Shown here: positions 55,767-64,000 of the stretch, piece by piece
Layout of the letters: every line of letters begins with the position of its first letter
Numbering within the stretch: position 1 is the first letter of the stretch
IMG/VR virus record: IMGVR_UViG_3300025030_000080
Span: 12,088-76,087 of that record
Strand: one strand, 5' to 3'
Length of the DNA stretch: 64,000 nucleotides
Origin: a virus
The notes under the pieces: generated by a model
What the model saw: the letters and a program-made list of their open reading frames with translations, nothing else
Told to the model about the DNA's origin: nothing
The model's database searches: none
Made by a program: the position numbers and the translations under genes

Positions 55767-56046
55767 ACATTCCCTCCGTTCAAACATTTAATTTGTTTTG
55801 GGAATGCTCTGTCCCGGATCTAAAGTCATGAATTTGGCTCCGGGGAAATCCCTTTCGTACCAATACATCTTTCCGATAAGACAGATTTCATTTCCCTGAG
55901 TATGAATCACCCGATACTTCCTACCTCCTTTCGGCATACCGATGATCCGGTGCGCTCCCTTGATATCCTCTACTTCCTTGGGAAATGCCTTCTTTGTCGT
56001 AGTTCCCATTTTTCCTCCTTTCCAGTTAGATGTTCGCTCCTTAACT

Positions 56047-56074
56047 ACTACTACAGGAAAACGATCAACTTCAC
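56047..56074 (-). promoter_or_regulatory. putative phage promoter GTGAAG-N12-CTGTAGTAGT
   Basis: conserved motif upstream of the 55788..56009 / 55320 operon. Confidence 0.55.
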
Positions 56075-56526
56075 CTTTTTAATTTTCTCACCTCCCCTCT
56101 CCAAGATTGGCTCGTATTACACTTTCATCCTTCTTACTAATCTACCAACGGACTTTCAAACCATACGTGCCGAACCCCATGAAAGGTCCTCGGCTTTGGT
56201 AGAATAACCACTAAATCATGATTAGGGGATTCATCTTCCGGCTGGAATTGAATCTTTACGGAGATACTTGTTTGATCTTGTCCGGCTAATGTAGCTGATA
56301 CGATTTTGGTATAATTCATTTCCACTCCTTTCCCGTTATGCTTTTTATTTCTTCTAAACAAAACCTTTTCTCCTCATTATTTATTGCCCAAGATAATTCT
56401 CTGTATACGTGACTTAAAATATCCCAAGCACTTGAATCTTTTTTCAAATTTTGGATAGCCTCTTGAATCTTTTCTTTTATCTCTTGGTTTTGTTTTTCGG
56501 TCATTTATTAATTTCCTCACTTTTCA

Positions 56527-56898
56527 TTAAAAATTCACTTTTGCCCCAATTGCCGTGTTATGTACCACAAAATTGATTTCTACTCCGATAGTAACAATTT
56601 GCCAGATTCTTCGGTAAGGATTAGGAAGTAATCTTGTTATGATAGTATTACCTATCAAACTCCCCAAAAAGTAAGCATCTACACGATCTTTGCTAGGATG
56701 TTCCGATAACATAGGATTCTTTTCATAAAAATCCTTCGGATTGTCTATGGCATTACGAGTTTGTCTCCAATCCAAAATAATAGTAGTAGCCGCAACTCCT
56801 TGAAATGCCCAATCTGTCTTGGACATAGGTTCGGCATTTGCCGGTACGGAAATGAAAGTAGCCAATAAAATAGCAGGTATAGTTTTTTTCAGTTTCAT
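56527..56898 (-). CDS. exported or membrane protein
   Basis: signal peptide ending ANA; DWRQT and EKNP motifs; hydrophobic helices. Confidence 0.65.
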   Translation of the reverse strand: MKLKKTIPAILLATFISVPANAEPMSKTDWAFQGVAATTIILDWRQTRNAIDNPKDFYEKNPMLSEHPSKDRVDAYFLGSLIGNTIITRLLPNPYRRIWQIVTIGVEINFVVHNTAIGAKVNF

Positions 56899-56908
56899 TT
56901 TATTCCTT

Positions 56909-57292
56909 TCAGTTTATAGTTGGGAACACTCTAGCCCAATTGATCGTACCAGAAATCCCAAATCTCTCGATAGCCATAGGGTAACTTTCCAAATGTAATT
57001 GTAACCGGCCATTCTCTCGCACAAGTACGAATAAGAAGAAATCACAACTTTCGTACCCATGAAAACAAAACCTTCCCCTTCTCCTTGGACCTCGGGAGTG
57101 TGTCGATTTATGCCACTCTTTCGTCGCTTTGACCTCTACCTTGGTCCCGTCCCGTAGGATCAAATCAGCCCCGTCCTCGTTTAAAACAGGGGTACTTCCG
57201 AAACAGGCTTCGAGGTAGGAATATACCTCTGGGGCCTGTTCGGTCCAATGCTCGTACCTACTTGGTCGATACGAACGATGAGGAGTTTCCAT
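56909..57292 (-). CDS. PD-(D/E)XK-like nuclease (paralogue of 8705..9115)
   Basis: RBS before METPH; AD..VEVK, GPRRRGRF, FVLV. Confidence 0.55.
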   Translation of the reverse strand: METPHRSYRPSRYEHWTEQAPEVYSYLEACFGSTPVLNEDGADLILRDGTKVEVKATKEWHKSTHSRGPRRRGRFCFHGYESCDFFLFVLVRENGRLQLHLESYPMAIERFGISGTINWARVFPTIN

Positions 57293-57537
57293 ATTTGCCT
57301 CCTTTATGATTACCTCCCCACCCCAATGGACTCCGTTTTCATCCACAGGGAGTAACCGGGGATGGTCATCTTGGGCATCGCCATATCGACCAAGGGACGC
57401 TTGATCGTAAAAACTTTGCGGATCAATTTGTATCTGACGCTCCCGTTCTCCGGGGTGGGCGTTTCGTCCTCTTTCAGTTCGACCATCTTGACTACCTTCA
57501 CCATCTTGAACTTTCCCATCTTCTACCTCCTTTTGGG

Positions 57538-58218
57538 TTAACGTTCGTTGGGACCCATCGCCTCTTGAATTCCCTCGGAGAGTTGGGCTTTCCTCTCCGC
57601 GTTGATGGCTTTGTAATCGTATCCCGGATTTTTCGTATCCATGTAGTGAAGCAGCCACAGGAAGGGATTTGTCTCCCATTTCTTCAAAAACTCTCCTACG
57701 ATTTCCATCCTTTCCAAAGTGCGAATGAATCCCTCCCTTGTATCTACGGAAGTTCCCAAAAATCTAGAATGACCCGTACCTCCCCCATTAATACGAAGGG
57801 AATACCTATTTGGTTCTTGCCCTTCATATACTAACCAGTTGAAATACGCCGTGGAACTATTTACTTGGTTTACAAAAGTATCAAATTTCACTAGAATTGA
57901 TTTCTTTTTGTTCCAGAAGAAATACAAATACTCCTGAACAGGTTCATCCTCGTACCCCCTCCCCATAAATGGGATCGTAAGAACTTTTTCAAACCCATTC
58001 ATGATTAAAATAGCACTGAACTCTCCGATTTCCATTCCATAGTAGGTATCATTGAATTCTTTGAGAAGTTTTCTTTTATGTTTATTAACATTCAAAGCGA
58101 TTAACATACCAAGACCGACGGTTTTCTCATCATTATGAGAATCTTTTTTAGAAATTTTCTCCGCCATATCCAGAGGATCGGCAGCAAGCAATTCGTCTAA
58201 CAAGTCTCTATCGTCCAT
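57538..58218 (-). CDS. hypothetical protein
   Basis: 226-aa ORF with RBS. Confidence 0.65.
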   Translation of the reverse strand: MDDRDLLDELLAADPLDMAEKISKKDSHNDEKTVGLGMLIALNVNKHKRKLLKEFNDTYYGMEIGEFSAILIMNGFEKVLTIPFMGRGYEDEPVQEYLYFFWNKKKSILVKFDTFVNQVNSSTAYFNWLVYEGQEPNRYSLRINGGGTGHSRFLGTSVDTREGFIRTLERMEIVGEFLKKWETNPFLWLLHYMDTKNPGYDYKAINAERKAQLSEGIQEAMGPNER

Positions 58219-58233
58219 TCCTTTCTCTCCTCG

Positions 58234-60525
58234 TTAAATGTTCGCTCCTACAGGATCTTCTCCATTTCCATAATACCGATCAATCCAAGTCGATTTCGGC
58301 TTCTGAGGATGACATGTGGTTCCATACACTCTACCTCGGCCATAGTACCGAACAGGGGTACCAACTTCCAGATACGCTTTACATTCCTTACAAAAGGCCG
58401 GAAACTTCAACCGGATTTTCACCATTGCTTTCCTCCCCTGTGGATTTGATGAACAGGATAGCATTATGAAATTGCTTCAGAAATCTTTTTGCTTGCTTGG
58501 AATTCATCTTTGGGGATCGGACATTGGTAAATATTACAAATCTCCCCTTGGTAAATCGGTTGAGGATGACTTCTTGAGTGCTATTCATTTTACTTTTTTC
58601 TCCCTCTTTTCAATTCTGGCAACCTTGGCCAAAAGTTGCTTCACCACTCCAGGCTGCTTGTTAGAACGAGCAATCCTTATCTGATCTCCTAATTCAGTAA
58701 GCACCCTTGCATTTTTCTCCCTCAAAGTTTCTTCCATCACCTTACCTCCCTTTTTCTTTTGGTAATTCCGTCTTCCCAGTGATATGATAATAAAGAAGAA
58801 AATCAAACGCTTCCCTTTGAAGGTTGAACGTACCAATAATCCGATCCGTTTCCCATACCTGGGGAGCGTTGGGGAAGAGTTGCCTCATCTCCCCCTCCGC
58901 TATCACCCAGGGTTTGTGGACACGGGAACCTTCATATTTGATTTTGATCATCCCGTTTCCTCCATCAACGGAGGACACGGTTGGAGCAGATTCTCGATGC
59001 ATTGGGGGCAAGTCTTGGTATCGTCCCCCAACTCCGCGATGTAACACTTCCGGCATTCCACGCACCGTTTGATTTTCCCTTCTTCCTTGCTCTTGTGGGA
59101 AATCTTCTTGTAACCCATCTCCATTCTCCTTTCTTTCTCTTGGGGCCTCTTTACGAGACCAAGTTGTAAGGGAGCGTGAACAACCAACCGCTCTCCTCAA
59201 CGACTGCGTACCACATTCCGTACCTACGATTCCAAAACTTGAGGATGACGTTAAATTTCGTTTTCATTTGGCTCACCCCCTTACTTTTGGAAAGATTCCA
59301 AAATCTTTCTCGCCTCTTCCCCCAAACGGAAATTCTCTTGGATAATTTGAAGACATTTGTCACAAGTCGGACTCTTGGAAAATTGAGGGGTTGAAAATCT
59401 CTTACCACAAGTCGCCTTGAACGTCTTTTGATTCTCAACGGCGAATGGGATCACTTCCTTGAAAACTTTAAATGTTTCTGAGAAATGAGTATCCATTCTG
59501 ATCTCCTTAATCCCGGTCAGCGTATTTTGCTGCCCAACGTGCCCAACCGTCACGGTGTTTCCTCTCTTCCCTTGGGGAACGTTCGCGTATGATTCTGTTC
59601 CCCTCTGCCGATACCTCATGGTGGCAGGTCCTACCCTGGGACCCCTCTTGTTTGCGAATCCTACGCAATTCTCCCTTGGTCATTTCCCTTCTCCTTGGTC
59701 CTTGTCTTTTTCGATCCGATTCTCCAACGAATGATATTCTTCGTAAACTTTCCAATACAACTCGGTGGTCCACCAATTTCCCTTTTCATCTTGGGGCTGG
59801 AAAAGCCCCGCTTTGGAAAGAACGTAGAGAACTTCATTCACATCCTCTAAACCGAACAGAGGCTTTTCCACGCAATCTTGAAATACTTCGGGGATAAAGT
59901 CCATTTCTACGTCGCTTTCTTCGTAGGAATCGTGAAAGATAATTCCTATGATCTGATCTACTTTTTTCTTATCCATTTTATTTCACCCCCTTTCATTTAT
60001 GACGTATCTACCTACCTACCTGCAACCATCGTTCCGGTAGAGGTTCCCTTTTGGAAAAGAAACCCCTCGTCGCAAAGATGGTTATATTTAATCTTCCGTC
60101 CATCCCATCTCCCCGGTTCCGGGCCACACCGTTCATTTCTCCTTTCTTTCTTCCTCCAATGGAGTTATTTCCGGTTCCCCATTTTCTTCGGCTTTACTTC
60201 CTTCCAAATTGTAAAGATTAGTAACTACCGAATCCAAATTACTTTTCGCCGTAGTCGATCCATTACTACTTAGTCCTAACGATGTATGGCAATGAGAAGG
60301 TCCACATCTGGATTGGCGTCGAATCGCGCTTGATACCGATTTGGACGGGGATTTTACGATCTCCGTCCAATAATTCGTTTTCCCCAAACTAGCCGTAAAT
60401 CCCATCGTCTTTACTACATCCTCTTTTCTTGGTTCGCAATCTCCACAAACTCTAAACTTCCTCCCGATATGTTTGGGATGTTTATCGCTAAATTCGCTTC
60501 CACATTCTTTACAAATGATTAACAT
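58234..60525 (-). other. cluster of very small early CDSs (boundaries uncertain), including 59680..59976 and 60133..60525
   Basis: multiple short RBS-led ORFs. Confidence 0.45.
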
Positions 60526-60541
60526 TTTGGTTCCCTTTTTC

Positions 60542-61012
60542 CTATCGGGTTAAAGAACCAAGAATAACTTCTCCTAAATAACCATGGTAATCGCCCTCGG
60601 AATCTTTTTCCGTTCCGACGAAAAACCATACATCTCCCTCCGGGGAAAAGGAGTAGGATTCATTTTCGTCCCCTTCGTCCTCCTTAAAACCCTTTATTTC
60701 GAGAACGATAACGAGATCATTACGACTTTCGGCCCATTCCGGATTTAAGTCCCCGCGAAGAACATTTCGAAGGTTAACGGCGTAGTCCACTGCGATTTCC
60801 GCCGAGGAAAAAGTCCCTACCATAAAATTTTTATTACCATTATAAAGATTTACGGAGAAAACGGAATTGAAATGCTTTCGTTCGTTTAGGAAATCTACCA
60901 AATCCGTTTCGGAGTTTTCTTTCTTTTCAAAATTAACTTTTACTTTTACTTTTTCCATCTCATTCCCCTCCGTTTTAGTATGAACCAAAAGTTTTTTTTC
61001 TCCCCTTAACAT
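60542..61012 (-). CDS. acidic hypothetical protein, CA/TG-depleted
   Basis: likely start MEKVK with RBS GGAGG; no Gln or Cys. Confidence 0.6.
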   Translation of the reverse strand: MLRGEKKLLVHTKTEGNEMEKVKVKVNFEKKENSETDLVDFLNERKHFNSVFSVNLYNGNKNFMVGTFSSAEIAVDYAVNLRNVLRGDLNPEWAESRNDLVIVLEIKGFKEDEGDENESYSFSPEGDVWFFVGTEKDSEGDYHGYLGEVILGSLTR

Positions 61013-61361
61013 TGATAGCAGATTCCGTTCGCGTCCAATTCGGCCTTCCGTTTACATTTGGGGCAAAAAGAGTATTCGATACCTACCTCGCCATTCTCTC
61101 GGGAATCCTCCCCGGATTCCAGTTTCTCCTCTAACTCGCGGATTTTCATTTCTAATTCTTCGATTTCCATTTGGAGCGTTTTACTTTTCGGTGGTTCCAT
61201 TTTCTTTTTCCTCTTTTTTGATTCCACAGCGAAGGATAAAACTTTCGAAATCAGACGAAGGATTTTCTACGGAATAAATCAGTTTTCCGTTCCGGTAAAA
61301 ACTGAATTTTTCTCCTACTTTCCGGTACGTTTCCATTTCCCTTCCCCTTTATTTTATTTTG

Positions 61362-61763
61362 TTAGACTCCGTACTTTCTAATATAATTGATATCAAAAAC
61401 CGTTCCTTTCCCTCCTCGTTCCTCTTCGAAACCATTCTTTCTAAGTTCGGCCCTCGTTGGAAAGGAATAAAAACCGTCGAGGTAATGTAAACAACTTTCT
61501 TCGGTAGAAAGACTTTTGGTTAAGGAATAAACCGATTCCCCCACAAAAAACTCGAAAATTACTACGGAATCGGGGTAACTCGTAAAACGATGGACTCCGT
61601 TTATCGTCCCGGAATAAATGGAAGCGTTACCGGAAGAAACTAATATTCTACCATAAAAACCGCCTTTCTTTTCTTCCAAAAAGTATCCGGCTCTAATACC
61701 TTTCCATTTACTTCGGTCTACTTCTAACTTTTCCAATCTTTCCTTAAGAGTTCTTTTATTCAT
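61362..61763 (-). CDS. hypothetical protein, CA/TG-depleted
   Basis: RBS; 133 aa; no Gln. Confidence 0.6.
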   Translation of the reverse strand: MNKRTLKERLEKLEVDRSKWKGIRAGYFLEEKKGGFYGRILVSSGNASIYSGTINGVHRFTSYPDSVVIFEFFVGESVYSLTKSLSTEESCLHYLDGFYSFPTRAELRKNGFEEERGGKGTVFDINYIRKYGV

Positions 61764-61990
61764 TTCCTTCTCCCTTTCGTCCTAAAGGACGAAGATTAGA
61801 ATTACGAACATCCAGAAAGCTCCGGCGATTAAAACCATCGTTCCGATCTCTTTCGCGGTTTCCATTTTCTTCTCCTTTCCCCCCGGAATTTGGTTTAAAG
61901 AGAAACCGGGGAAAGTTGGTCGCCCGATCCCGTCCGGGCGGATATATCGGGGATATTATACCCTAAAACCGAAACGTGTATTATATAGTT

Positions 61991-62776
61991 TATAAGTATC
62001 GGATTTATAAGGGGATTTTCTAATCTATATACCCTATAAACTTAGGGTTCCTTTATAACCTATCGAATATAAACGGTTTTTCGTCGCGGCTTTTATCGTT
62101 ATAAGTACCCGAAATATAAGGGGAAAATATCGAATTATTTCGGCCAGAAACGTTCGTTATAGGGTACCTTGGGCGTTACCTACCTAAAACGTACTTGGTC
62201 CAGACCTATCTAAGCGTACTTGGCTGTATACCTATATTTTTTTCGTTTTGGTTGGAAATTTTTCGAAAATTATTAGTAAAGGTTACCGTTTCGTAATCGT
62301 TTTATAAGGTAAAATGTTTCGATAGGTAATACGATATTTTATAGAATAAAACGAATAATAGGAAAAATTATCGGCCTAATTTTGTTTATAAGGCATTTTC
62401 TTTCTTCGGTAATAGGATATACGGGATATTTATAAGTAGGCGAAAAATAACGATTTCCCCGCGTTCTATTTTAAAAGATCGTCGTTTATAGGTCGATTAA
62501 ATACGGCGAAAAACCGTTTATTATCGAATAGTTATAGAGAAAAATAAAGTATATAAACGAATAAGGATATAGATTAGATAAAATATCCCTTATAATTCGG
62601 GTAGTTATAGGGTATAGATAAACGGAAACGAATATATAGGACGGAACGAATAGCCCTTTATTATTAAGTAGTTATAAAGTAGCCCTAAGACTATCTACCG
62701 GATAGAGTATTATTTCCCTTTTATTATCGAATAGTTATAAGCGATTCTAATTCCCCTTTATAATTAAATAGATACG
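61991..62776. repeat. degenerate ~24-bp repeats in inverted arrays within a non-coding region
   Basis: TTTATTATCGAATAGTTATA exact at 62517 and 62720; variants at about 62588, 62654 and 62753; opposite-orientation variants at about 61991, 62054 and 62100. Confidence 0.6.
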
Positions 62777-63040
62777 AGGGAAGAAAAACGAAAATATATT
62801 TTCTATCCGAAAAGGGAAATTCTATAAATATCCGAATCTATTACCGTTTCGGGAATAGGTATAAACGGGGTACCAGTTTAATATTTCCCTTTCGTTTTTA
62901 ATTCTTTTCCGGTATCGTATAGGTAGATAAAAAACGTTCCTTTAAATCCGATTATAAAGGCGCCCCCGAATTAGAACCGGACGGAATCCCTTACCGTACC
63001 GGAACCGTTAAAAGGGGAATTACCCCGGAAAGGTTAGAAA

Positions 63041-63445
63041 ATGAAAACCGAAAAAAGTAAGGCGGAATTAATCGCCGAATTAAACGATCTCCGTTCCGCT
63101 ATCGACGCGAAGAAAGCGGAGCGAAAGAGTCTCGCGGAGAAGGAAAAGACTCTCCGCGAATCCGCGAAAAACGCCGGGATCGTACTTTCGGAAACCTTTA
63201 CCCGTTCCGAATCCGTAGCGGTCGCGGTTTCTTCCCTCTCGAACGGCGAACCGTTCTCCCTCTCGGGAATCGCGGAAAAGGCGAATCGGATATTTATCGA
63301 AAGGGGAAAGAAGAATAACGGGAAGGAGTCCGAAACCGTTTCCCGTCTTCTTCTTCCGTTCGCGGTATCGATCGGACTCGTAGAGAAAACCGGAAAGGAC
63401 TCTTACCGGTTCGTTAGTCCGGTCGCGGGAAGGAAAGTAGCGTAA
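63041..63445 (+). CDS. coiled-coil + winged-helix-like protein; the only divergent gene; CA/TG-free
   Basis: followed by a terminator; similar to 55320 and 16056 (FTR..AN..F..NNGKE..V). Confidence 0.8.
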   Translation: MKTEKSKAELIAELNDLRSAIDAKKAERKSLAEKEKTLRESAKNAGIVLSETFTRSESVAVAVSSLSNGEPFSLSGIAEKANRIFIERGKKNNGKESETVSRLLLPFAVSIGLVEKTGKDSYRFVSPVAGRKVA

Positions 63446-63466
63446 AGAAAATTCGAGAGTAAGACG

Positions 63467-63500
63467 AACCCTCCGGACCGAAAATCCGGAGGGTTTTTTT
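63467..63500 (+). terminator. intrinsic terminator
   Basis: AACCCTCCGGA-CCGAAAA-TCCGGAGGGTT followed by a T tract. Confidence 0.9.
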
Positions 63501-63572
63501 ATTTCCGAAAATAAAAGTAAAACTGTTATTAGATTGATCCCGTAATCAAACAAAAAAAGTAGAAAATAAGAC

Positions 63573-63603
63573 AGGCTCAGGAGAATATCCCTGGGCCTTT
63601 TTT
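63573..63603 (+). terminator. second intrinsic terminator-like hairpin
   Basis: AGGCTCAGG..CCTGGGCCT followed by a T tract. Confidence 0.65.
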
Positions 63604-64000
63604 ATTGGCGAGAATCAGGTCAGATCAATAATAATCGAATTGGTATAGGAGAATGGTGGGGGAATGAAAGAGTAATGGGGAAGAGGGTTGGGGGAATAGA
63701 TTGGGGATGAAAGGTGCCCGCCACTCCCCATATCAAGTAAATTAAAAAATATTGTCAATTCTATCCCACATTTTATAAGCATACGGGATATCCCTATACT
63801 GTAAGGTAATTATTACAGATTTCCCGATAACAATCGTCAATCTCATTCCCCAAATATCCTCTCAGATTGATCAGTGTCATATCTAACTGAACGGGATATG
63901 GGAGATGGTGAAATAAGTCAACTGAATCAATCCTCGTTATCATATGATATGGATATACTACTGGTATGGGGATAGGGGGGAGAAAATCCCCCAATGGTCG

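Noticed and set aside
56909-57679. 256-aa ORF as annotated
   Set aside because: The N-terminal half overlaps 57310..57519 and 57538..58218; the RBS and paralogue alignment support a start at 57292.
1582-61381. the many plus-strand ORFs in the track
   Set aside because: They overlap tightly tiled minus-strand genes and show antisense-type composition (Ser/Phe/Ile-rich).
61991-62776. repeat region as a CRISPR array
   Set aside because: The repeats are degenerate, irregularly spaced and in both orientations.
63080-63553. 157-aa minus-strand ORF
   Set aside because: Antisense to 63041..63445, which has paralogues and a terminator.
1-64000. stop-codon reassignment, DGR or retron
   Set aside because: Genes tile normally in the standard code with all three stop codons in use, and no reverse transcriptase is seen.

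Overview
This window is part of a large, AT-rich tailed-phage genome in the standard genetic code. No virion structural, terminase or integrase genes are recognisable. Nearly all real genes lie on the minus strand and tile tightly; the plus-strand ORFs are antisense shadows except 63041..63445. In transcription order (right to left): (1) a 61.9-63.5 kb control region with degenerate repeats and one divergent gene; (2) about 20 kb of small early or host-takeover genes, including ArdC, a SLOG protein, a phosphoesterase and DUF2958; (3) a Hel308/Ski2-like helicase, tRNA-Ile2(CAU), a sigma-like factor, a 672/128-aa gene pair and tRNA-Leu(UAA); (4) a replication module with an SF2 helicase, primase, DnaB and an initiator carrying internal iterons; (5) a nucleotide or modification module with SPL-like radical SAM enzymes, UDP-glucuronate decarboxylase, DUF362, a Zn-finger/ACP fusion, a DUF2156-like transferase, ThyX and a beta clamp, interrupted by GIY-YIG endonucleases. 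The strongest signal is a 1.1-kb stretch (62396-63523), including a whole gene, with only two CA/TG dinucleotides; depletion fades leftward and ends sharply on the right. That gene is one of three paralogues sharing a putative winged-helix domain. A candidate novel system links clamp-tethered DNA modification, a CA/TG-free first-entering region and this DNA-binding protein family. That link is inference. All family assignments come from motif recognition by eye, not database searches.
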